A DNA stretch of 64,000 bases. Source: the human T2T-CHM13v2.0 reference genome, Homo sapiens. The stretch is taken from the NCBI RefSeq assembly GCF_009914755.1, contig NC_060936.1; one strand, 5' to 3'. Under the pieces are notes generated by a model. That model made no database searches, was not told where the DNA came from, and worked only from the letters and a program-made list of their open reading frames with translations. Shown in pieces: positions 50,740-64,000 of this stretch. Position numbers and translations under genes: made by a program. Positions within the stretch are counted from its first letter, which is position 1. Every line of letters begins with the position of its first letter.

Positions 50740-53700
50740 GCATCTCTACCCCACAAAAATATAATTAGAAACTATTCAAAGATTAAAAATACTCTTAAGT
50801 CTGCCAGTACTTGGGGGAGAAGTGGATAAACCTGAGCCCACAGAATTAAGAGAAGCTGTGACCAATAAAAGAAACAGTCATTTTAGACTGCACTGCCCCT
50901 TCCCGGAGCTGGCGTGCCACAACTAACAGCTTCCCTAGACCTGTGGTTTCCAAGGTGAGAGAAGGAAATTGGAATCAACATTTAGTCCCCCTGCTGGTTT
51001 GGAAATCTTTGCAGGAAGCCCACTCTAGTTCCACCCTACTGGTATCATAGGGAGTGCCAGGAGGAATAAACCAGCTGAGGTGAATTGAGAACAAACAGCA
51101 GTGACTAGAACATGGATATTGGTGGCTACTCTGTACTTTGATCAGGACGGACACCATTTTGACAAGATTAGTTGGTACCATGGTGCTGTTTGGGGCAAAT
51201 CTGTGGGATGGCCCAAATCCCTGGCCGGATTTTCCACCCAAGTGCTCCTGTGGAGGCTTTTCCTGGCCCAGAAACAAGTCAAAGTTTGAAATTAAGTTTT
51301 GGTGTCTCCTTAAGTCTTCCCCAGACTGGGAAACAATGGCAGGCAGCAATACAGTTTTGGAGCAGTGTTTACATTTTGATATTCACTGTAAGTCTTTCCT
51401 AAATAATGGCAAGGCAACAAATTAGTTTCAGTGTAATGTTTTAGTTTCAATGCTCACTGTAAGTTTTCCCCAGAATGGGAAGAAACAACTGGCCAGTGTT
51501 TAAGTTCTGATACTAAGAATTAAAGGTATAACACCAAAAAGCACTTGCAAAAACTGGAAGAAAGGGATGTTTCCTCAGATGAGCAGGTGGAAAAGTAAAG
51601 TTTCAAGGACTGAAAACTCAGAAATAGGACACCACCAAAATAAACTAACAAAGCTCTAGCAATGGGCCCAGACTAACTGAAGATCTATGAAAAGTTGGAA
51701 AGAGAATTCAGAAGAATCTTTTAAAGACATTTAGGAAATCACAAGAAAATATTAATAGAAAACTAAATGAAAATTGGAAAACAATTTGTAAATAACATGG
51801 AAACTTAAAAAACAATTCTAAAAATCCTAGAAGTATACAGTCATATAACTGAAAAATTCATTAAAAACCTTCTACAGCAAACTTGATCAAACAGAGGAAA
51901 GAATGAGCAAACTTGAGGACAGAACATATAAAGTTATCCAATAGAAGAGCAAAAGGAATAAAATAATAAAAGAGTAAAGACAACATTTATGGGATACCAT
52001 CAAGCAAACTAAGCTCATAACAGGAATTCCTGAAGCAAATGAGAGAAAAGGTCTAGAAAGCAGGTAGAAGAAAATAATGCCCGAAAATTTCCCAAATCAG
52101 GAGACAGATGGCACCACCTAGGTACAAGAAACTCCAAGATTACTAACCAAACTCAATCCAAAGAGGAAATTCGCAATGCATATCAAAATCAAATTGGTGA
52201 AAATCAAAGATGAAGAAAGAATAATCAAAGCAGCAAAAAGAAAAGAGACACATTAGATTAAATAAAGTCCCAATTCCACTTTCAGAGGATTTTCAGCAGA
52301 AACCTTGCAGGCCAGGAGAGAGTGGTGCTATATTTGAAGCGCTGAAGAAAACAACTGACAACCAAGAATACTATGCCCAGCATAGTATAATAATAATAAA
52401 ATAAAAATAAAAAAAAACACTTAATAGACAGATTTTCTCAGACAAATAAAAGGTGAGGAAATTCATCAACACTAGATCTGTCATATAAGAAATGCTAAAG
52501 GAAGGTCTTTAGTCGGAAATAGACATTGACTTGTATCTAAAAATGTCTAATGGTATGAAACTCACTGGTGTAAAAAAAAAGAATAAAGGACAAATTCAGA
52601 ATACTCTAATAGTGTAATTGGACTAAATAAATGACTTACGTATGAAGACTAAAAGACAAAACTATTATAATCAACAACAATTAAGAGAAGCAATATAAGT
52701 AATAAAATTAAAACATTAATATATCATAATGTTGAGCATGGTGTTAAATCATAAGTTTGTTTTTGTTACATTTTGGGGCATCAAAGTTAAATTGCCAACA
52801 ATTTAAAATAACCTGTTATAACTATAAGACATTTTTGTAAGCTTCATGGTAACCACAAAAGAGAAAGCTATATAGATACACTAAACAAATAGCACAAATC
52901 AAAATGTACTACTAGTGAAACTGCTTAACCCCAAAGGAAGAAAATGAGAGAAGAAAAAAAATTATAAACCCATATGAAATAAGTAACAAAATGGCAGCAG
53001 TATACCCTTACCTGTCAATAAGCCTGAATGTAAATGGATTAAATTATCTAATACATAGTGTAACTGAATGAATAAAAACAAAACAAGACTGAACTATTTG
53101 TTGTTTCCAAGAAACTCACTTCACCTATAAAGACACACACAGATTGAAAGTGAAGGGATAGAAAAATATTTCCATGCCAATGAAAACCAAAGAGCAGAAT
53201 ATCCACATGCAAAAGAATAAAACTAGACCCCTATCTCTCACCATATACAAAAGTCAACTCAAAATGGATTAAAGACTTAAATGTAAGTCCTTTTAAAATG
53301 CTGGAATAATACTTCAGAATACTGGTCTGGGCAAATATATATATATTTTTTTAGGTAGGACTTCAGAAGCATGGTAAACAAGAGCAAAAATAGACAAATG
53401 GAACTACAACAAGCTTAAAAGCTCCTGGAAAACAAACGAAAGAACCAGCAAAGTGAAAAGACAACCTACAGAATGGGAGAAAATATTTATAAACAATATG
53501 ACAAGGGATTAATATCCAGAATATGTAAGGAAATCAACTTAAGGGTCCAAAATATAAAAGTAATAATCTAATTAAAAAGGGACAAATGATCTGAATAGAC
53601 ATTCAGAAAAGACATACAAAAGGTCAACAGGTATATGAAAAAATACTCAACATTACTAATCATCAGGGAAGTGTGAATCAAAACCATAGTGAGATGTCAT

Positions 53701-54420
53701 TTTAACCTGGTTAAAATGGTTATTATCAAAAAGAAAAAATAAACGTGAGAATGAAGAGAATGTGGAGACAAGGGAATGCAAGAACACTGTTGGTGGGAAT
53801 TTAAATTAGTATATCAAATAGATATCTGCACTCCTATATTTATTGAAACACTATTCACAGTTGCCAAGAGATGGAAGCAACCTGAGGGCTCACCAAAGGA
53901 TGAATGAATAAAGAAATTGTGGCATATCTACACAATGGAGAATTATTAAGCCATAAAAAATAATGAAATCCTGTCATTTGCAGCAACATGGGTGGAACTG
54001 AAGGACATCATGCTCAGTGAAATAAACCAGGTACAGAAAGACGAATATCACATTCTCACTCTTTTGTGGGAACTACAAAAGCTGATCTCATAAAGTTAGT
54101 ACAATAATAGCTATCAGAGGCTAGAAAGGGTAGGCAGATGGTAAGATAGAGGTTGGTTAATGGATACAAAAATACATTAGATAGAAAAAGTTTTAGTGTT
54201 CAATAGCATAGTAAGGTGACAATAGTTAAGAATAGTTTATCATATGTTCAAAATAGCTAGAAGATTTGGAATGTTCCCAAACACAAATGATAAATGTATG
54301 AGGTGATGAATATTCTAAATATGCTGATTTGATCATTATATGTTGTATGCATCAAAATATCACATATGCCCTATAATACACATGTGCAATTATTATGCAT
54401 GTATCAGTAAATTAGTTTTA
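50740..54420 (+). mobile_element. L1MA4-like element: 5'UTR, ORF1, ORF2 with a large internal deletion, 3'UTR
   Basis: ORF1 motifs (gaaaatttcccaaatc, tcagcagaaaccttgcaggccaggagagagtgg); jump from the EN start to the ORF2 C-terminus at ~53195; L1MA4-type 3'UTR. Confidence 0.85.
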
Positions 54421-55356
54421 AAAGAACTTAATGCCAGATTATATCTCTTTACATACAGCTTTTGCTCCAACATCTGTCCAATTTGTAGCTGTTATCCCTA
54501 TTCCTAAATACCACCAATTATAGTCATTTCTATAATTTCCTCTGTATTATTCACTCTTTAATATTCTCCATATATCATTTTGTAACTCACTTTGAGTTCA
54601 TATTAGATATTATTGAGAGTCTGAAAAATTGAATGAACTAGTTGAATTAAGATATACCTGTAGATTACATTGATAGTGTACAGAGTTGCTAAACTGACTT
54701 TATCCAGTTCTTTGACACTAATTTCAATCTTTGCTGTACCACAGATTGAGGTTCCCATTTGCTTTGAGGCTATTTCCCTCATTCTTCTACAGTTTTGCTG
54801 CAGCTATTCTTCTCTTCCCTTATTCCCATTTGAAATTAGTATTCTCTAATGTATTACTTCAAAGTTCTCCCTAGATGAATAATTAATTCTTCCCAAGTGT
54901 ATTTTTACTTGGAATACCCTTGTTGTCTAGATAAGTGCTATTTCATGGGTATTAAGTGTAAATGCCGGATATATTAATGTTAATGATTTCATGGGCCAGA
55001 GGGTTTATTAAAAAAACAAAAAGAGTATAGATCAATTTTGCAATGTGGATAAGTAAAAAACACAGTCAAATGTTAGAGGACAAAGATCCAAATATACGAG
55101 AAAATCCTCACATAAGTCAGCCAAAAGATAAATGACTATGTTTTAATAAGGTAGAAGTTGAAAAATAGCTATTGGGATATTAAGCAAGTCTGTATACTTA
55201 TGTAAGAGTATCCTTAAAAATAATTTATTTTAGTAAAGTTTATTGTTCTAATGGCATGTAAAAAGGCACAGTGAACTAGAAGAAAACCCAATGTTTCTTA
55301 TGTTGTGCTACTATAACATGACAAAGCTTTTTTAGAACAGAGGCTTTGGGACTTCT

Positions 55357-56309
55357 TTTTATTATACTTTAAGTTTTAGGGTACATGTGCACAACATGCA
55401 GGTTTGTTACACATGTATACATGTGCCATGTTGGTGTGCTGCACCCATTAACTCATCATTAACATTAGGTATACCTCCTAATGCTATCCCTCCCCCCTCC
55501 CCCTACCCCACAACAGGCCCCAGAGTGTGATGTTCCCCTTCCTGTGTCCATGTGTTCTCATTGTTCAATTCCCACCTATGAGCGAGAACATGCAGTGTTT
55601 GGTTTTTTGTCCTTGCAATAGTTTGCTGAGAATGATGGTTTCCAGCTTCATCCATGTCTCTACAAAGGACATGAACTCATCATTTTTTATGGCTGCATAG
55701 TATTCCATGGTGTATGTGTGCCATATTTTCTTAATCCAGTCTATCATTGTTGGACATTTGGGTTGGTTCCAAGTCTTTGCTATTGTGAATAGTGCTGCAA
55801 TAAACATACGTGTGCATGTGTCTTTATAGCAGCATGATTTATAGTCCTTTGGGTATATACCCAGTAATGGGATGGCTGGGTCAAATGGTATTTCTAGTTC
55901 TAGATCCCTGAGGAATCACCACACTGTCTTCCACAATGGTTGACTAGTTTACAGTCCCACCAACAGTGTAAAAGTGTTCCTATTTCTTCACATCCTCTCC
56001 AGCACCTGTTGTCTCCTGACTTTTTAATGATCACCATTCTAACTGGTGTGAGATGGTATCTCATTGTGGTTTTGATTTGCATTTCTCTGATGGCCAGTGA
56101 TGATGAGCATTTTTTCATGTGTTTGTTGGCTGCATAAATGTCTTTTGAAAAGTGTCTGTTCATATCCTTTGCCCACTTGTTGATGGGGTTGTTTTTTTCT
56201 TGTAAATTTGTTTGAGTTCTTTGTAGATTCTGGATATTCAGATGAGTAGATTGCAAAAATTTTCTCTCATTCTGTAGGTTGCCTGTTCACTCTGATGGTA
56301 GTTTCTTTT
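55357..56309 (-). mobile_element. 5'-truncated L1PA4/5-like element
   Basis: ORF2 C-terminal ORFs 55565-55807 and 55900-56256; TSD gggacttct / gggatttct. Confidence 0.95.
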
Positions 56310-56324
56310 GGGATTTCTATAGCT

Positions 56325-57290
56325 TCTATTCTTTTCCTAGGTAATATTGATTCCCTAAGGAATCAATTACCACTTTTATGCAAATGAAGCACAATTTATC
56401 TCTAGTCCAGATGTTTCCTTTGCTCTCTAGACTGAATGATACACTGCCTCCCTGATAACTCTTAGATGTTTAGGAAATTCATTAAAATCAGTCTACCTAA
56501 AATTGAATTTATGATCTTTTTAAATGGTATCCAATTTGTGTTCTCTTGATCAATATAAATCATCATCGTAAAACCAGATGCACAAGCTAGAAACCTAGGA
56601 CTTAAGTCTTGAAACCATCTGTTTCCTCATTTTCTATATCTAATACATTACCAAATGCTTTTAATTTCACCTCTAAGCTAGTTCACCAATTTTTCCGTAT
56701 TTATTCCTCTCTACCCCCACCACCACTTGTTCTACCACTCTCCTTCAACTATACTACCAGACTAACCTCCTGAATAGTCTCTTTTATATACTTGCCTGTC
56801 TCCAGCTTCTCTATAATCTATAACCAAAATAATTTTTACTAAAATGCAGATCTGATTTGGCCACACTCTTACGTTGAATATTTCTGCAACTTCCAAGTAT
56901 AATGATTTGATAAAGACCAAAACCTTAATAAGGTTTACAAGATCTCTCTCTCTGACCTCATCTCCTATGGGGACTCACATTTTGTGTCCACTCCTTGTGC
57001 TTCATTGCTTTTAGATCCTTGAAGCAGCCCATGACCACAGGACCTTTGTATGCACTGTATTAATTCTCTCTCAATCATTTTTATCTCATAACTTCTTCCC
57101 AGCTTTCAATTCAATCATCACTTGGGGAAGTCTAGTCAGGCTTTGCTTTTACTGAAACTTCATTCACTGTGCATTATTTGTACTCAATCCCCTACTTCTT
57201 ATGGTTTGATGAGAATTAAAAGAGATAATACTCTTAAAGTACTTTATCACAGAGACTGAAATACAGTAAATGCTTACTAAATGTTAATTT
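56325..57290 (+). mobile_element. L2 fragment followed by a MIR piece
   Basis: L2 motifs (caagctagaaacctagga, aaaatgcagatctgat, cacaggacctttgta). Confidence 0.7.
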
Positions 57291-60172
57291 TTAACATTGT
57301 ATTTATTGCATCAAGCAGCAAATTACTCTATACTAATAGATGCCTAGATTTGATACCATAGCTCTTCCTATATGAAGACTGGCATTTCCCAAGGTAATAA
57401 TTCAAATTCATTCTAAAGGTCCTGACACATGTAGTTACATAGGTGTCACTTCCTGGATCAGACAGGTCTAGGTCTTTATTGGCTTCTTGCTTCTCCATGC
57501 CTTTTATTTCTTCCTATTTCTGTGACTTCTAGAGCTTCTAATATGTCTCTAATCTGTATCTTCTTTCTCTTTAGTTTGATGTTTTCTTCTCCTTTCCTTT
57601 TATTCTTCTCCTTCATATGTTACAACAGCAATAGAGAATATTTCCCTGTGTCTTCCAGTTTAGGAATAAATTAGGATCTATGTATCACACATTACACAGA
57701 CATATTGATACTGTGACTTTGTAATACAAATATCATTCAATAATTCCCTTGGTTGTCTCAGTATTGCTTTTTTTCTGTTTTTCCTGTTTAGAACTTTATA
57801 ATGTAGACAATAGTTACTTAGAATAATTTATATTAAAAATAACAGTTGTTTAAATGCTCAAAATCATATACTATTTGTAGGTGGAACAATGACCTTAACT
57901 TTCTAAAGTATCTTTTTAATAGTTAAACTAACTTTTTGCAGATTATAAAACTTGATAATTTAAAACTAAAATTTTGGTTTCGGAAGAGTTGGTTTATATT
58001 TAGGATCAGACATATGATTATACAGTCACAATAATTAATGATAGTTCACTTATTTTAAGAACTTGGCTTTACTTTTTGTCTACCATACACCTGAGGTTAA
58101 TTAGATAAATGTAGTCTTTCATGGCTTGCCACTTAATTAGAAGTGATCATTGTTACAAAAATGTTGGTTATGAGCTATAATGAATACTATACAACTCATG
58201 ATATTTTATCATATCACCAGAAACAATTTATACATCACAAAAAAAAAAAGTATTTTCCCCCTTGCTCTGGTGGCCGCTGGCTGTTCCATTCTCCACCCTA
58301 CTTCTGTAACTACATTTTAAAAATATATTGGCAGCCTAAGTTTTCCAGTGATGACACATTTGTGCTGGCCATTTGTTTTGAGTTTGTTCCCTAAGTGAAT
58401 GCAGAATCTATTTGCAAAGATAATGTGTGCTGTGCTGCAATGAAATTAAACTTTTACCATGGTTTAAAAGGGAATGGTTGATGATGCTTTTTGTAGTTTG
58501 TACAGAAAGACCTCGGCCAGAATTTTTCTAGTAAAAAAATGCAGGGCAATGCTGTTGTAGTTGTTGTAGTCAACTTTCCAGCTTTTTATGTGATAAAATA
58601 TATATCACAATACCGCTCTCAATATGTCATACAGCTCAGAGTAGTATGTGAATCTACTTGCCTTGGTGCTCCAACTTTCATCTCAGCTTTTCACATGTAT
58701 GGAACAAGATCTTGCCAACAGAATATTGTACATATACACAGAAAACTACCACCACCTTTGGAGTTTAGAGGTGTTTTAAAGTACTATATACAGTGTCAGA
58801 TTTCACAGTAGGAAGTTTATACACCTGAAAGGAGCTGACCTATGAGTTGCACAAAGGTCATACAAGTTGAATTGAAACCAGTGTTATTATTTTGGTATAT
58901 AGATGTCCCATGACTTCCTCAAAAGAAGTCACACATTCAAATATCCATGACCCACCTTTATAACTAAACACCTTTTAGAACAGGCTCTATGTATTTCAGG
59001 TAATAATTCTAGTAACATAATTTTTTGTTGTTGTTTTCTCAATGAAAAAAAGTTTTCAGTGTGTCTGTAATTACCATCTTGCCTTGGTTTAGTAAAACAC
59101 ACTGGAAATAGTTTATTGTACTTTAAAAATTTCAATCTTTTCAGAGGAACAAGATGGTAAACTAAGAGTAAGAATACTGAAGAAATAAATAGACGTAGAG
59201 AGAACAGATAAAAATGACTTTTGGGTAGGAGATTCATTTAAGCAAAAATAAGGTGATTAGATGTTTTACATGAAGGACCTAGACCTGCAACAATGCTGGC
59301 TTTTACCTAAATCTCCCAGCACATATTTAAGGACATAGTAAATGGGAAAAAAGAGGGTCTTTAAAATTCTGCTGCAAAGACAACTTTCAATTATCAATGA
59401 TAAAATGCAATAAAAATAAAAGCTTCTCATTATTAGACATATAAATGAAAGATATTACACAGTGGTATCATTGCTTCCTTCTTTTGCTTCCTAAACATAT
59501 GTACACACAGATGTACAACCTTTCCACCCAGGAAAATAAAGAAAGTTTATTCTGTCTTTTCTTAAACTTTTCTTTAAAAATAAGTTGAACCATTAACTTA
59601 TTTCTGGAATGTTAAATTTAAAATATTGCAGTCCTCTTTAGGTGAGTAGCCTCCCTCAGAAGTGCTTTAAAGGATCCATTAAGTCTACTCAGGCTTGTTA
59701 TTTTCACTAACATTGGAACTGCTTTAGTTCACCTGGTATACTCCCACCTGTAGGAGATACAGTTAAACTGTCCCCCAGGATTCATTCTCACCATTTTCCT
59801 TTTAGTAGTAAGCACTATGCTCCCTGTCCATGTTCACACTCACCCCATCCTCTCTGGGTTTTAGCTGGATGTATCTTAGCCTCCCTTCTATTCAGGTGTG
59901 TCTATGCAACTAAGCTCCTGCCAATGGGACACAACAAAAGTGATTATACAATTACTTGGTCATTTTCAACTTAAAGACAAATGGGTGTGTTGTAACTTTC
60001 CACTGTATCCTCTTCTTCTGGCATGAAAATCACAACTACAAAAGAAAGCTTAGGTACAGAGATGAAAGTCACTTTTTGTGCAGAGATGGCTGGCCTAGAA
60101 GCAGAGTCTACCAGTCAGAGCCTGCCTGTATGCCTGCCTACATTTAGAATGCTAAATTAAGAAAGGGTTAAA

Positions 60173-60467
60173 AAACCAAACACCGCATGTTCTCACTCAT
60201 AGATGGGAATTAAACAATGAGAACACATGGACACAGGAAGGGGAACATCTCCAGGGCCTGTTGTGGGGTAGGGGGAGGGGGGAGGGGGGAGGGATAGCAT
60301 TAGGGGATATACCCAGTGTTAAATGACGAGTTAATGGGTGCAGCACACCAACATGGCACATGTATACATATGTAAGTAAACTGTGCGTTGTGCACATGTA
60401 CCCTAAAACTTAAAGTATAATAAAAAAAAAAAAAAAAGAAAAAGACCAACCAAAAAACAAAAAAAGA
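60173..60467 (+). mobile_element. Short L1PA3/4-like 3' end inside an old MLT1 LTR
   Basis: L1 3'UTR with poly(A); 14-bp TSD aagaaagggttaaa / aagaaagggtcaaa. Confidence 0.95.
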
Positions 60468-60765
60468 AAGAAAGGGTCAAACTTCTAGTTTATTTATACC
60501 GCTGTATTTTTAGGCAACTTTTTAATAGTAGTTGATTCTATATCCCAATTTATAACAAATCAAAGTATAAGATTAGAATAATAATGTTTTGAGTCCTAAA
60601 TGTATAAAACTGTCAACACAAAGAAAACAAGGTATTTTAAGAAGAGGAGTGCAAAGAAAAGACAGCATTAAAAAATTTCTTTGAAGAAATCTTCTCAGCA
60701 GTTTGTACTCTTGGTTTCCATTTTATAAGAAATAAAATCACAGAAAAATGTAATTCTTGAGAATA

Positions 60766-61117
60766 CAGGTTGAGCATTCCTTATCCAAAGTGCTTGGGAA
60801 AACAAGTGCTTTGGGTTTTTTTATTTTTTTTGGATTTTGGAGTATTTGTATGTACATAATGAAATATCTAGGAATGGGACCCAAGCCTAAACATGACATG
60901 CATTTGTGGTTTCATATGCACGTTGTACACATAGCCTGAAGGTAACTTTATATAATATTTTTAATAATCTTGTGCATTTAACAAAATGTTGACAGTGACT
61001 TGTTACATAAGGTTAGGTGTGGAATTTTCCACTTGTGGCATCTTGTGGGCATTCAAAAAGTTTTGGATTTTAGAGCATTTCAGATTTTGGATTTTCTGAT
61101 TACACATGCTCAACCTG
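60766..61117. mobile_element. Tigger4b/MER46-type MITE
   Basis: TIRs caggttgagcat / atgctcaacctg; TA at the left end. Confidence 0.88.
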
Positions 61118-61183
61118 TTCAGATTAGGGATGCTCAAATATAACATATCTGTTATACCATTGAAAGTACTTTTGGATTTGTTG

Positions 61184-62400
61184 TGCTTTTGGTGTTTTTG
61201 TCGTGAAATCCTTGCCCATTTCTTTGTCTAGGGTGGTATTGCCTAGGTTGACTTCTAGGGTTTTTATAGTTTTGGGTTTTACATTTAAGTATTTAATCCA
61301 TCTTGAGTTGATTTTTGTGTATGGTGTAAGAAAGGGGTCCAACTTCAATGTCCTGCATATGGCTAACCAGTTATCCCAATCGCAACAAAAGCAAAAATTG
61401 ACAAATAGGATTTAATTAAACTTCAGAGCTTCTGCAGAGCCAAAGAAACTATCAACAGAGTAAACAACCTACAGAATGGGAAAAAGTATTTGCAAACTAT
61501 GAATCTGACAAAGGTCTAATAAAGCAGCATCTATAAGGAACTTAAACATATTTACAAGAGAAGAGCAAACATCCCCATTAAAAAGTAGGCAGAGGACATG
61601 AACAGACACTTTTCAAAAGAAGACATACATGTGGCCAACAAGCATATGAAGAAAGCTCAATATCCTTGATCATTGGAGAAGTGCAAATCAAAGCCACAAT
61701 GAAATACCATCTCGCATTGGTCAGAATGGCTATTTTTAAAAAGTCAAAAAAGAACAGATGCTGGCAAAGTTGAGGGGAAAGGAAACACTTATACACTGTC
61801 GGTAGGAGTGTAAATTAGTTCAACCATTGTGGAAAGCAGTATGGCAATTCCTCAAAGAGCTAAAAACAGAACTACCATTCGATTCAGTAATCTTATTACT
61901 GGGTATAAACTCAGAGGAATAGAAATCATTCTGCAATAAAGGCACACACATGTATATTCATTGCAGCCCTATTCACAATAGCAAAGATCATGAAGTCAAC
62001 CTAAATGCCCATCAATGATAGACTGGATAAGAAAATGTGATACATATACACCGTGGAATACGATGTAGCCATAAAAGAGACAGATTATGTCTTTCACGGG
62101 AACATGGATGCAGCTGGAAGCCACTGTACTTAGCAAACTAACACAGGTGCAGAAAACCAAATACCGCATCTTTTCACTTATAAGTGTGAGCTAAAAGATG
62201 AGAACTGATGAACAGAAGGAAACAATAGACACTGGGGTCTACTTGAGGGTTTGGGGAGAGGGAGAGGTGCAGAAAAGGTAACTATTGGGTACTGGGCTTA
62301 ATATGTGGGTAATGAAATAATCTGTACAACAACTCCCTCGACCCAAATTTACCATATAGGTAAACCTTCACATGTACCTCAGAACCTAAAAGTTAAAAAG
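61184..62400 (+). mobile_element. L1PA12-like element with a 5' inversion (61184-61378 antisense, remainder sense)
   Basis: Adjacent ORF2 segments in opposite orientation; L1PA12-type 3'UTR (aactattgggtactgggcttaata). Confidence 0.88.
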
Positions 62401-62534
62401 TTAGCAATATACCCTATACACTTCTAAGAGCACAGTGCATGTAAGCTGAGCACTAGCATGTGATATTTTACAGCATTAAAGAGACATTCCTTTGTGTTTC
62501 ATGCCATCATTGTAAGTGCGTTAAAGTTTATATC

Positions 62535-62705
62535 AGTGGTTTTCAAAATGAATTTCCCTAAGTAGCAGCAGCATCGCCTGGAAACTTGTTAAAAGTTTAG
62601 CACAGGTGTACTTAATCAGAAATGCTGGGTATAGAGTCCAGATATCTGCAGTTCAACTGTCCCTCCAAGTACCTCTGTTCCATGAATGTTTGGGAACAAT
62701 GGCTC
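62535..62705. mobile_element. MER5A hAT MITE
   Basis: cagtggttttcaaa...cagcagcatcgcctggaaacttgttaaaa...aatgtttgggaacaatgg. Confidence 0.75.
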
Positions 62706-62929
62706 TACGTAAAAAAGCTGACAGATAAAGTAAAATCAGCAGAGTTGTTAATACAAGAAATTTGGGGGAATTATATTGATTTAAAAACAGTGCTCTCAGA
62801 GTGTTCTTTAAAAATATAATCCTAATCTATTTTCACTTTTGACAGTCCATTTATCTTATTTGATTATGTAAGCATTGTTGTCGTTATTTCTATTGTTATT
62901 GTTTCTTTCTTATTTGATCTTAAGGTCTC

Positions 62930-63465
62930 TCTCTTGAGAGTGGCTGTAGACCAAGGGAGTCATTTTCTAGGAGAGCTGTGATGGCGCAAAGCAAGATTCA
63001 GTTGTGTTGGTCAGTGGAGAAACAATGAGAAAGTGTAACTAAAATGCATGATACAAAATAAACGTACTACTTACAGACCCAGAGAGGTTAGTGGCGCCCA
63101 GTGGAGGTGGATAGGAAGTCTGGAGGCGGTAGAGAGCCAGCAAGAGAGGGCGGGGCTGTGGGACTCTGCCTTTAAGTAGGGTCCATGGGCCTTATTCTGT
63201 AGGTTCTCCTGTGGGGGTTGTGGCTTGGCCAGTTTAAAGAAAACACCTGTGAAGGAGGAACTTATTTACTTGACTCTGATGCTGATGTTTTATTGTGGTC
63301 AGCTGTTGTAGAGCGTGCTGGGATTTGGTTCAATGGGGTGAGTAACAAACAGGCTATTTCACAGTCACAGGAGGAGAGGAAGCTTTTAAGTAGGCCAAAA
63401 GTGACAGGGTACTGCTGGATTTTGAACAACTTTGTTCAGGCTTAAAAATGTATGTCCATGCAGTG
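62930..63465 (-). mobile_element. ERVL-class LTR (MER54/LTR53-like)
   Basis: GC-richer island; acttacagacccagagagg, ctctgcctttaagtagggtccatggg, caggcttaaaaatg. Confidence 0.45.
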
Positions 63466-64000
63466 ACTATTTTAAACAAGTTCAGGATAATTCAGATTTT
63501 TAAAATTATGACACTAAAGATTGCGAGATGCTTTATTATTTTAGATTGGAATAGGCAACATCATTTAAATATCATTATTTTTCTTATTTATGTATTTTGT
63601 CAAAATATCCTCTTTTGTTTTTTACCTAAGCAGTGTTCTTAAAATGCCATTAAGCTCCACTATACTTTACAAAATACATTAATAACTCACATCGATACTC
63701 TCATATTTATGTGGTTGCCCTTGCATCACTATATAATTTTCAGAAATTACTAACCTGAATTTGCTTATTTTACCTTACATACATTTTCAGATTTATTAAG
63801 TCATTCAAGAGTCCTATTTCATTAGCTTTGTCTTCATATGAGAGCAAATAAAAGGGATTTACCCAAAATTACATGAGGGATTTACCCAAAATTACACACC
63901 CAGGAAGAGGAACAGCCTGGATTAATGTTAAGGAATTTTGAATTCAAATTTAAAGCATTGCACTCACACAGAAATAAACAACAATAAATAAAATACAAGT

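Overview
Primate (human-like) genomic DNA, AT-rich and CpG-depleted, mostly made of interspersed repeats. I see no intact host protein-coding gene, tRNA/rRNA gene, CpG island or CRISPR array. Every recognisable ORF in the track is a fragment of HERV-L pol, the THE1 internal region, L1 ORF1/ORF2 or Alu. 1-6.3 kb is a nest: an LTR22 (HML-5) LTR inside a HERV-L/MLT2A provirus, inside a THE1 MaLR, abutting an L1PB-type 5' region. 6.3-22 kb is a dense L1 cluster. 22-64 kb has older L1M/L2/MIR/MLT pieces, ERV solo LTRs, three more primate L1s, two Alus and unique AT-rich stretches. The strongest observations are: (i) a probable old L1PA7 3' transduction (7.9-15.3 kb); (ii) a solo LTR22 whose terminus includes a tRNA-Met PBS-like sequence; (iii) a ~50 bp L1 patch replacing the DUX4 motif of a THE1 LTR; (iv) a composite ~565 bp insert carrying a 95%-identical inverted copy of a nearby L1 5'UTR; (v) two palindromic non-repeat elements that may be regulatory. 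I find no evidence for a new multi-gene system. Subfamily names come from recalled consensus sequences and need RepeatMasker/Dfam confirmation.
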